This document shows, piece after piece, positions 27,206 through 34,662 of a stretch of DNA of 39,532 bases. Source of the DNA: a virus (taxonomy: Duplodnaviria; Caudoviricetes); the IMG/VR virus record IMGVR_UViG_3300025277_000007, positions 1 to 39,532 of that record; one strand, given 5' to 3'. Every line of letters begins with the position of its first letter. Positions within the stretch are counted from its first letter, which is position 1. The notes beneath the pieces were generated by a model. That model was not told the origin of the DNA. It saw only the letters and a list, made by a program, of their open reading frames with translations, and searched no databases. The translations under genes and the position numbers were made by a program.

Positions 27206-29080
27206 TTATAGATCTTCCCATGGAGATCCGTATGGAGCCGTATTTCGGTTATACGGTTGTTGATTATACGGTGGTCCACTACGATCCTCTATGATTGGAA
27301 AATCATATCGACCATGTAAACCAGGGTCTTGCCATTGAGAATGTCTGGGCCATTCGAGCCTATACCATTCCCCAAAGTCGCCAGCAGGCCATCGGGTAGT
27401 ACCCCAGTTTTGATTTTTCTCATAGGCAGGAAGTTCTTCCCAAACCTCCCATGCTGCTTGAATATCCGGCTGCCCTTCTCCTCCCAGACCGAAAGCCTTT
27501 TCACTATACGGGTCTTCTACATAGGTGGGGCCTTGCTGCAGGCCGGAGGCACCAGGAATGCCGCCCCAGTAAGCATCCATCTCACCTGTCGGGCGAGGCT
27601 TAAGTTGGGCAAGGTATTCATCCCATTCCTGCTCCCCTTCAGCCTCCTGTTCAAGTCGTAAGCGATTCCGCATTTCCGCTTGTGCCATCATCAGAATAGA
27701 TTCTAAAGATCCATAAAAAAGCCTATCTCCGTATATCTCCCGAAGCAATTCCTTAGCCTCATCACTAATCGGCAGATCATTAATTTGCCACCCCTCTTTC
27801 ATATCCCGCTTATTAGTCCGCGCCTGAACGTAGTCGTCATGCTCTCTCTGTCTTCTCTCCTCAAGACTCATAACGGGAGGGCTCTCCGGATCATACGTTG
27901 GATAAACGCCAGCCCCCTTCGCTGCTGGCTGCACCACCTCCTCACCCAATAAATCAGCTTCCAGATCCTGACCCAACTCCACCTCGTCCACTGGCCCCGT
28001 TACGGACTTATATCTTGGTCCGTCAACATTTGCCGCCATCCAGGCGCGGGCTTCCACCAGTAATTCCGGTGGAAGCTGGGAGATCTGAGCTTCCGTCAGA
28101 ACTGGACCCTCACCCACCTTCATCGCATGGTAGGCGTCTACCAGCGGCAGTCCCCCTACCAGTTCAGTACCATCCGGAGCAATCACCGGGGGCGGTTCGG
28201 TGCCTACCAGATCAACTTCCAGATCCTGACCTAACTCTGGCTCTTCAACAGGGGAAACAACCGGTTCTTCGAGAGGTGGTTCTTCCTCAAGATCCTGACC
28301 CAACTCAATATCCTCATACTCATATATCCTTTCTCCAGGACCCTGATCCTCATCAGGTTCAGCCGACACGTAGCCTTCACTTAAAATATCACGTTCTCTC
28401 TGTGTAAGTTCCGGAGGCAGTTCTCCCTCAAGCTCCTGACCTAACTCCGGACCAGGATCAACCACCGCTGGCAAGGGATCGGGTTCAGGGAAGGGAGGGG
28501 GTTCAGGATCTATTACCGGTTCAGGTGGGGGTGCCAGGCCGACCGTGGCCTCACGTTCGGCCCTGGCCATAGACTTATCGACCTCGCCCAGCACATTTCC
28601 CATCCCATCCCGATAGACCCAGGAACGGCCATTGTCAAGACGATCTACGGTACCGGTGTTTACGCCATCTTCCCAGCCGTATATATCGTCCGGGCCGGTA
28701 TAGCTTCCCGACGCACCCGAGGTACCCTCTCTCTCGGTAAGTCCCGAATCAGCCGGAAAAGCCCCGGCGGTGTTTGCCCCGATAGCGGCAAGGGAGAAAT
28801 CTGGCGACGTGACTGCCGGCGTGGGCGCGGCAGTTGACCCGATCGTTGACTGGAACACACGATTGGACATCTCCGAATCCTGACCGACGCGACCGAGACT
28901 GGACAGGGTGCCGGAAGCCTGGGGGGCAGGCGTTACCGTCCGCGGGGGTACATATGTCGTTGACCGGATTGTTTTAGCATCATAAGAGTTATACTCGTCC
29001 GGATTAAAATCCGCAGGATCAAGATCCCCACGCGCAAACCCCATCTGCTGGGCGCCAGTCAAACTCCTTTTACGAGCCAT
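27206..29080 (-). CDS. Acidic, Pro/Glu-rich hypothetical protein with ELGQ[DE]LE repeats
   Basis: 624-aa ORF with GAGGGG RBS; low complexity. Confidence 0.65.
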   Translation of the reverse strand: MARKRSLTGAQQMGFARGDLDPADFNPDEYNSYDAKTIRSTTYVPPRTVTPAPQASGTLSSLGRVGQDSEMSNRVFQSTIGSTAAPTPAVTSPDFSLAAIGANTAGAFPADSGLTEREGTSGASGSYTGPDDIYGWEDGVNTGTVDRLDNGRSWVYRDGMGNVLGEVDKSMARAEREATVGLAPPPEPVIDPEPPPFPEPDPLPAVVDPGPELGQELEGELPPELTQRERDILSEGYVSAEPDEDQGPGERIYEYEDIELGQDLEEEPPLEEPVVSPVEEPELGQDLEVDLVGTEPPPVIAPDGTELVGGLPLVDAYHAMKVGEGPVLTEAQISQLPPELLVEARAWMAANVDGPRYKSVTGPVDEVELGQDLEADLLGEEVVQPAAKGAGVYPTYDPESPPVMSLEERRQREHDDYVQARTNKRDMKEGWQINDLPISDEAKELLREIYGDRLFYGSLESILMMAQAEMRNRLRLEQEAEGEQEWDEYLAQLKPRPTGEMDAYWGGIPGASGLQQGPTYVEDPYSEKAFGLGGEGQPDIQAAWEVWEELPAYEKNQNWGTTRWPAGDFGEWYRLEWPRHSQWQDPGLHGRYDFPIIEDRSGPPYNQQPYNRNTAPYGSPWEDL

Positions 29081-29116
29081 TATGGAATACCCCTCGTAAT
29101 GAATTCAGTCATGGGG

Positions 29117-29833
29117 CTATCGCGGGTTGATTATACCTGTATCCAGTATCTGAATGCTGACGCTTCCAGGATCTTCTACTGTGTTCCTATAAAAGATTGC
29201 ATCAAACCCATCGTTCTTCAGCCTTTGTATCTCGTCAGGGAAGGCGTTAATAGACGCAAGTTCTGTCTCGCTAATTGGGTTCTCTGGTGTGCCATATGAC
29301 TTCTTAGATGTGGCGTTGATAGGAAAAAACTGCTGACCTCCAGGACGGCCCTGCCTATGGGAGGAAGGTCTGATGTACTCTACCCTCATGCGAGCCGCAT
29401 CCGGTGTACCTGCATGAAGACCTCCAAAGCTCTTAGGTGCCTTATCAGGTACCCCTCCCTTAAATGTGCCGTGTACGCCTTCAAAGGGCACGTTTGTACC
29501 TACGGCCACATCTCTACCAAAGGATGATATAGTGGTTGTCGCGCCTCTCGGAATTTTCTTAGCCAGACGCCGCGCAGCCTTTCCCAGGGGTTTCGCTGTC
29601 CCCCCAATATCAAACGGCATCTCCTGACCACGGAACAACCGATCCAAGTACGGGAGATCTTCCGGCGACATCAGTTGCGCCTGAGAGGACACAGGGCCGG
29701 GTTGCGGCGGGGCAGCAGGCATCCGCGTAGGAGCAGCACCGCCACTGGTAGACTCAATCAAAGCCTGGACAATCCGATTGGCCATCTGTGGATCTTGGCC
29801 GATACGGCCAAGACTTTGCAAGGTACCTGCCAA
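29117..29833 (-). CDS. Protein with a C-terminal ADP-ribosyltransferase-like (ART-PolyVal type) domain
   Basis: 'GVHGT', 'GLHAGT..AA..R', 'LKNDGFDAIFYRNTVEDPGSVS' recall ART-like domains of phage polyvalent proteins. Confidence 0.55.
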   Translation of the reverse strand: MAGTLQSLGRIGQDPQMANRIVQALIESTSGGAAPTRMPAAPPQPGPVSSQAQLMSPEDLPYLDRLFRGQEMPFDIGGTAKPLGKAARRLAKKIPRGATTTISSFGRDVAVGTNVPFEGVHGTFKGGVPDKAPKSFGGLHAGTPDAARMRVEYIRPSSHRQGRPGGQQFFPINATSKKSYGTPENPISETELASINAFPDEIQRLKNDGFDAIFYRNTVEDPGSVSIQILDTGIINPR

Positions 29834-29998
29834 ATTCCATTCCCCTTATAAAAAAGAAGGAACTGCCGGCTTGCTCCCCACAAGTGACCGGCAATCCCCT
29901 CTATACCAAACGAAAGATCAGACAATCGGCCGCTCTCCCCAGAACGTTTTTCCACCGAGGTATAATCCTTCGTTCTGAACGATAGTCACCCCACCAAC

Positions 29999-30175
29999 TT
30001 AAGGCAACCCCTTTTCCTCCAACGCCTTGACCCGAGACGACAATGAAGGCCGGTCAAGACTTTCCTCCATCAACCGACAAATCCAGGCTGATAGAGATAT
30101 ACCGTCCGTCCTGGCCTGCTCGGTAGCCACCTGCTTCAACTCCAGATCGCACAAGATATGAATCTGTTCAGCCAT
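29999..30175 (-). CDS. Ribbon-helix-helix DNA-binding protein
   Basis: 'QIHILCDLELKQVATEQARTDGISLSAWICRLM' RHH pattern; AAGGAGG RBS. Confidence 0.7.
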   Translation of the reverse strand: MAEQIHILCDLELKQVATEQARTDGISLSAWICRLMEESLDRPSLSSRVKALEEKGLP

Positions 30176-30315
30176 AAAGCCCAATCCTCCTTACTCCCAT
30201 TCTACATAATCCTCTACAGTATAGCAACCCGTTCCCCAATATCCCTTCCTTTCCCAAACCCAATTGCATACCTTGCCGAATACAACCAACCCCCATACCC
30301 CGATTGGAGAACACC

Positions 30316-30432
30316 ATGCCCAAAGTCGGCAGCAGACACTATGCCTATACCAAAAAAGGCCAGGCCCAGGCCAAAGCCGCAGCCAGGAAGTCCGGTAAGA
30401 AAGTCACCCGAAGGAAACCCAAGAAGAAGTAA
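30316..30432 (+). CDS. 38-aa highly basic protein (below the ORF-track cut-off)
   Basis: MPKVGSRHYAYTKKGQAQAKAAARKSGKKVTRRKPKKK; GGAGA RBS at 30306-30310. Confidence 0.7.
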   Translation: MPKVGSRHYAYTKKGQAQAKAAARKSGKKVTRRKPKKK

Positions 30433-30439
30433 CCCCCCA

Positions 30440-30755
30440 ATTAACCGGGTCAGACTGGACATTAACCGGGTCACACTGGCCTATACAGCCCCCCATAGGC
30501 CCCATTCTACATAGGCCATACAGGGTGATTGTATTTGGACTGATATATTAACCCTGGCCTTTTAACCTTCGTGATCGGTTTCACCTCTTGGCCAATTGAA
30601 TCAATCGATTCAATCGTCCCATTTGGCCTATGGCCATAGGCCAAACCATAGGCCAAATGACCTATTGACCTATGGCCATTGGTTGCCGATTAGTCCTATG
30701 GCCATTGGGTACCCATAGCCATCAACCATCCCATCCGTTCCTATCGTCCTATGGG
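30440..30755. repeat. Non-coding block of direct repeats and palindromes
   Basis: ATTAACCGGGTCA[G/C]ACTGG at 30440 and 30461; perfect palindrome TTTGGCCTATGGCCATAGGCCAAA at 30622-30645; many CCTATGG/CCATAGG. Confidence 0.8.
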
Positions 30756-30796
30756 TTCCTCTCTTCCTGTGTTTCCAGGCCTTTAGAGGGTCAATG

Positions 30797-30825
30797 TTGC
30801 GCTTTCTTACATATAGGACTATTAT
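30797..30825 (+). promoter_or_regulatory. Sigma70-type promoter
   Basis: TTGCGC, 17 nt, TATTAT upstream of AGGAGG-ATG (30861). Confidence 0.65.
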
Positions 30826-30860
30826 ATAAGGGCAACCCACCAACCAGGAAGGAGGAACCT

Positions 30861-31292
30861 ATGCCGGCGAAGGTAGCTTGCCATGGAAACTTGAACAGAC
30901 ACTGTCTAAGCCTTAAGGCAGGCTCGGAGCCCATGCGACATATCCGGGACAGTGTCGTAGTCTTGCGCTGTGCAAGCTTCAGGGTACAACCCAAAGGGCA
31001 TGAACGTATTGTGTCCCTGGGACGACGTAACGTCGTGGCGCGTATCTATGGCGAGCTTGAGAGTGTCACGGCTGTCGATGGCGACGCCTTCAACACCGAC
31101 GGCAACTATCGACGGGTAAGCTATAACCCGGCGAGCGTCGCCAAAGGGCAGGGTGAGACTCCCCACCCGGAGCGTCCCTTCTTTTATACGGTAGACGACG
31201 GTAAGCCTATAAGGTCTGCAGATACCGTCTACCTTGTCACACACTCCACCATACCCACACGCACATCCACAAGCGCTTACATCGCCACATAA
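30861..31292 (+). CDS. Phage hypothetical protein
   Basis: AAGGAGG RBS; 'NL....SL...F.V...G..R......NV.A...G...V.YNP...F' pattern resembling small phage early proteins. Confidence 0.7.
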   Translation: MPAKVACHGNLNRHCLSLKAGSEPMRHIRDSVVVLRCASFRVQPKGHERIVSLGRRNVVARIYGELESVTAVDGDAFNTDGNYRRVSYNPASVAKGQGETPHPERPFFYTVDDGKPIRSADTVYLVTHSTIPTRTSTSAYIAT

Positions 31293-31308
31293 CCATAGGA
31301 GAGAAGCT

Positions 31309-31470
31309 TTGACCATACATAAGAACATATCGCGCTCGGAGATGGCCACACGGTTGCGACGGCTCCGGAGCGATGGCGCTCATTTTCAGTACTCAGTCAA
31401 TACTACCGGCCGACGTAACTTGTCAACGCAAGTCGGCAGGGGGAGCCGTTTCTTCTACGTCAAGCCATAA
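31309..31470 (+). CDS. Small hypothetical protein
   Basis: TTG start after AGGAGA; ends before the terminator. Confidence 0.5.
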   Translation: MTIHKNISRSEMATRLRRLRSDGAHFQYSVNTTGRRNLSTQVGRGSRFFYVKP

Positions 31471-31493
31471 GCGCCACAAGCAACCGCACAGAC

Positions 31494-31532
31494 AAAGAGC
31501 CGCCCTACCGGATAGGTAGGGCGGCTCTTTTT
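31494..31532. terminator. Intrinsic terminator, probably bidirectional
   Basis: AAAGAGCCGCCCTACC-ggata-GGTAGGGCGGCTCTTTTT between convergent genes. Confidence 0.85.
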
Positions 31533-31639
31533 GCGTTAGGCTTGTCAGGCGGTGTCTATGGACGTTTCCTTATCGATACGGAGTATATCACAATTGCGAC
31601 TATCAACACCAAGTCTATGGCGATTTCTGACAACATAGG

Positions 31640-32356
31640 TCAAGCTGCCTTTCGCCGATTGAATCGACCACCATGTAGCGGAATAACAATACTTTTCGCT
31701 CCTATACTCGACCCACTACAAAGGCGACAGTCGGCACATTGGACCTTATGGCGACCAATATGTGGGCATACGATTTCATTAGCCGATATAGGGCTATCGA
31801 TATGCTCTATCGTACGATACGCTCGCCATCCCTTTTCGTTGGCGAGTTTAACGTCGGCCGGCGTCTCGCAGCTGGCCATAAGGTATTGCGAGTATTCTAC
31901 TGGCAAGGTTCGCCATTGATGCGAGTATCCTGTGAATTTACGCGACGGGGCGCCAGGTTGTCCCGCAGTCCAGGATTTCAAGACGGACAAAGGGAGGAAC
32001 CCGGGATCACCATAAGCACCTAACCGAATCGGTTTACCCGGCCGGATATCGGCCGGATCGATATCGGGTATGCGTTGACCTTTCACGGATCGATAGACTT
32101 GTGTCGGCATTTGTCCCACAAGTACATAGCAATCGTTGTTTCCGCCATTTTCCGTAGATGAGTACAGACAGCCGCCACAGTTATGACGGTCAAGACCTTT
32201 CCGCAAAGCTTCCAAGGGCTCCACCTTGCGAACCAATATGCTCAGCTGCAGCATGTCCCCCGTCTTAGGATTCGCTGACCGGCGCGTAACGCCAGTAACA
32301 GCCGCCACTATCGTACTCGTACGATAGATAGGTATGGAATTCTTCATTTTCCACAC
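31640..32356 (-). CDS. Gp88-like Cys-rich (radical-SAM-like / Fe-S) protein
   Basis: 'SANPKTG', 'CGGC...CYV', 'IRLGAYGDP', 'TGYSHQW', 'MASCE', 'CP...CADCRLC...I....HG'. Confidence 0.65.
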   Translation of the reverse strand: MWKMKNSIPIYRTSTIVAAVTGVTRRSANPKTGDMLQLSILVRKVEPLEALRKGLDRHNCGGCLYSSTENGGNNDCYVLVGQMPTQVYRSVKGQRIPDIDPADIRPGKPIRLGAYGDPGFLPLSVLKSWTAGQPGAPSRKFTGYSHQWRTLPVEYSQYLMASCETPADVKLANEKGWRAYRTIEHIDSPISANEIVCPHIGRHKVQCADCRLCSGSSIGAKSIVIPLHGGRFNRRKAA

Positions 32357-32859
32357 CGTATCGGCATAAGTACGACGGTAGGCTGGCCGTCTCGGTCCCT
32401 GCCCACAATACCCGATGTGGCGTCTGCGGCTCTCCAGCTATGAACCTTACCCACCTTGCCGGCCAGTACGAATCGGCTGGCGTCTACGTACACACAGAGA
32501 AAACGGCCGGTATCATGTAACATAGTAACGGGCCGGCCGTCTTTCCCCGGATCGGCCGATCCTGTTTCGGTTACCAGGCTTGTGGCGTTATCGACATTGT
32601 CCAGCCAGATACGGCGCGCACTTTCCCAAGTTACGCTCCTATCTTCCTGGCGTCGTCTCAATAGACGCCCAACGTCTCCCTTGTTAATCCGTGAACCGTC
32701 AAAAATCATTAGGCCGTCGGTAGGATATTGGTGCGTGCGGTCATTTTCTGCAGGTACCGACGGCTGCTTTCCGTTAAACTCCGTATAAATTTGTATTGCG
32801 CCTTTCCATGCATGGCGCAAAGCTCCGAACTTAACCGGGGCCGGATCGAGTAGTTGCAT
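32344..32859 (-). CDS. Hypothetical protein
   Basis: Likely start MQLLD overlapping the upstream stop, GGAG RBS. Confidence 0.6.
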   Translation of the reverse strand: MQLLDPAPVKFGALRHAWKGAIQIYTEFNGKQPSVPAENDRTHQYPTDGLMIFDGSRINKGDVGRLLRRRQEDRSVTWESARRIWLDNVDNATSLVTETGSADPGKDGRPVTMLHDTGRFLCVYVDASRFVLAGKVGKVHSWRAADATSGIVGRDRDGQPTVVLMPIRCGK

Positions 32860-33077
32860 CAGAATTCTCCCCTCGCTTCCGCTTCCAACCATGGAAGGTC
32901 ATCGTTGTCAAGCGCCATATCGGCACCTTCCTCCGGGGTTACTCCATCATTCCAATTGTCCCATATAGCAAAGTCGGCAAGGTCGTGAACAGATATTCCT
33001 ATTCTTCTGCCAATAATCGCATCTACTTCCGCAAGCCACTGTTTCAACGTACGGCCTTCGATTCTTTCTGCAGGCAT
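32859..33077 (-). CDS. Small acidic phage hypothetical protein
   Basis: 'WL..VD..I....G.S..DL.D...WD.W.DG.TP.E.A..AL'; GGAG RBS before MPAER. Confidence 0.65.
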   Translation of the reverse strand: MPAERIEGRTLKQWLAEVDAIIGRRIGISVHDLADFAIWDNWNDGVTPEEGADMALDNDDLPWLEAEARGEF

Positions 33078-33117
33078 AGCACAAGCTCCGATAGTGTAGG
33101 GTGATGGGTTATAGTTC

Positions 33118-33147
33118 AATATAGGGGCACAATAGGCACCCCGTCAA
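33118..33147 (-). promoter_or_regulatory. Leftward sigma70-type promoter
   Basis: Minus strand TTGACG, 18 nt, TATATT. Confidence 0.6.
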
Positions 33148-33151
33148 TCAA

Positions 33152-33380
33152 TATTTGTCCGGCCGGACAAATAAACCGGCCGGCCCTTTCCGGCCCATCT
33201 TTCCAGCTGGCAGACGACCACCCGACCCACCCGACCAGGCCGGCCGGCCCGACCTAAGTCCCTGTAGGTATTGAGTTTGGATTGCGATTGAGATTGAATT
33301 GGAATTGGAATTGGATTAGGATCGAGATTGGATTGGAATTGGATTGAGATTGGATTGCGATTGGAATTGGATTCAGATTC
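33152..33380. repeat. Palindrome, CCGACC repeats and strand-biased ATTG(G/A/C) tandem array
   Basis: TATTTGTCCGGCCGGACAAATA at 33152-33173; CCGACC at 33222, 33231, 33249; gattgga/aattgga run at ~33270-33380. Confidence 0.85.
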
Positions 33381-33383
33381 TTC

Positions 33384-33413
33384 TTGACATCGCAATATGA
33401 TGGGGACTATATT
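33384..33413 (+). promoter_or_regulatory. Rightward sigma70-type early promoter
   Basis: TTGACA, 18 nt, TATATT upstream of AAGGGGG-ATG (33452). Confidence 0.65.
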
Positions 33414-33451
33414 ACACCAGCAGTTCACGCACAACCAAGGGGGATATTGAG

Positions 33452-33805
33452 ATGGATCTTTTTGCTGGCTCGGCCCTGAAACTGGAGTGTATTGATCGGC
33501 TCATAGTAGACACTGCGGTCTATGTCATCTACGACGACGGTGCCTACCGCCATGTGATCTACGCCGACGACTGGGACAGGCCCCTCAGTGACGATGAGCA
33601 GGAGTTACTCGACGACGACGACCTCGACGCGGCGTACACGCAGTGGTGCCGATCCTCGGGCGGCGTTGACGACGACGAGGCCCTGAAGGTGGCAGCGGTG
33701 GCAGGATTGGACTACATCCACAGCACTACGGGCACATGTTCCTGTCTGGAGGTGTCCCCGGTGCAGGCGACGATGGAGAGTATCGAGATCGGAGACAGGC
33801 CATGA
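33452..33805 (+). CDS. Acidic hypothetical protein
   Basis: RBS present; first gene of the early operon. Confidence 0.7.
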   Translation: MDLFAGSALKLECIDRLIVDTAVYVIYDDGAYRHVIYADDWDRPLSDDEQELLDDDDLDAAYTQWCRSSGGVDDDEALKVAAVAGLDYIHSTTGTCSCLEVSPVQATMESIEIGDRP

Positions 33806-33993
33806 CCTATCGTATTTGGTGCGAGAGCAACGGGGTCCGTTTCGGCTACCGTTGCGGATGGATGCGGGACGACGACAGTTCCACCGGCTACATGGAGTTT
33901 CCGACCATGGAGGCCGCTGCCAGCCACGCTGCCGGCATCGACACCACTCGCAGATCCGACTCGGCCTCGTACACAGCCATGGAGAGGGACTGA
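33802..33993 (+). CDS. Small hypothetical protein (MTYRIWCES...)
   Basis: GGAGA RBS; ATGA coupling. Confidence 0.6.
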   Translation: MTYRIWCESNGVRFGYRCGWMRDDDSSTGYMEFPTMEAAASHAAGIDTTRRSDSASYTAMERD

Positions 33994-33997
33994 CATT

Positions 33998-34384
33998 ATG
34001 GGATTCTACTCGTTCAAATGCAAGAAATGCAGCAAGAGCCTGCTGCACCCCAACAAGCCTATCAATCAGTGGATGTCTCAGACATCCATGGTCTACCTCG
34101 ACGGATCAGTGTTTTCGGGCCACTACGACTGTTACGGCACCGTTCATGGCGACGAGGAGTCCAGGGAGGTCAGATGGCACCCCGAGACGTACGCCTCAGT
34201 CGCCGCATCCCTCTACCACACTGCTTGTTATAACCTCTCCGGCGAACCGAAGTACTCTGGCCCGTCCGAGAGCGCCGATGACCAGGGGCACTTTTTCGCC
34301 CATGACTCCTATGACATCCCTGAACCCACCGACGCCGAGAGCCTTGCCACCGTCGTCGCCTTCCAGGTCGGAGACAAGCCATGA
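33998..34384 (+). CDS. Phage hypothetical protein with Cys/His motif
   Basis: 'MGFYSFKCKKC', 'G.YDCYG', 'HTAC', 'DDQGHFF'. Confidence 0.7.
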   Translation: MGFYSFKCKKCSKSLLHPNKPINQWMSQTSMVYLDGSVFSGHYDCYGTVHGDEESREVRWHPETYASVAASLYHTACYNLSGEPKYSGPSESADDQGHFFAHDSYDIPEPTDAESLATVVAFQVGDKP

Positions 34385-34662
34385 GCATTCAGGAGCAGTA
34401 CGAGGCGGCGGGGACATTTCGGGACCGGCTCCGCGCCGGCCTGTCCACAGGAGATTCGGGTGGATCGGCTCCATCGTCAGCCGACCATGCCCTGCTGAAG
34501 GCCGCAGAAGACGCTCTGACGCGTCCCAACATCTCGCCTGACTTCCGAGCCAGACTCATCCGCGAGGCGGCTCAGATCGAGTCCTGTCGCTATTGCGGGG
34601 CAATCTACTGGCCTGCACCCATTGGATTCGGGCGCAGATGTGACTGCCCGGAGAACAAGTGA
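34381..34662 (+). CDS. Hypothetical protein with C-terminal zinc finger
   Basis: CRYC...CDC; coupled to both neighbours. Confidence 0.6.
   Translation: MSIQEQYEAAGTFRDRLRAGLSTGDSGGSAPSSADHALLKAAEDALTRPNISPDFRARLIREAAQIESCRYCGAIYWPAPIGFGRRCDCPENK

Noticed and set aside
29863-29966. Hairpin plus T-run upstream of the late operon, and a plus-strand TATAAT at 29961
   Set aside because: The stem is imperfect and separated from the T-run, and the TATAAT lacks a -35; too weak to call an attenuator or promoter
30672-30860. N-terminal extension of the 206-aa ORF
   Set aside because: Runs through the repeat block and promoter; the strong RBS places the start at 30861
30440-33380. CRISPR array or protelomerase (telRL) site in the repeat blocks
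   Set aside because: No repeat-spacer periodicity and no recognisable cas or protelomerase gene
33144-33434. 96-aa minus-strand ORF rich in N/P/I/S/Q
   Set aside because: Translation of the non-coding ATTGGA repeat array
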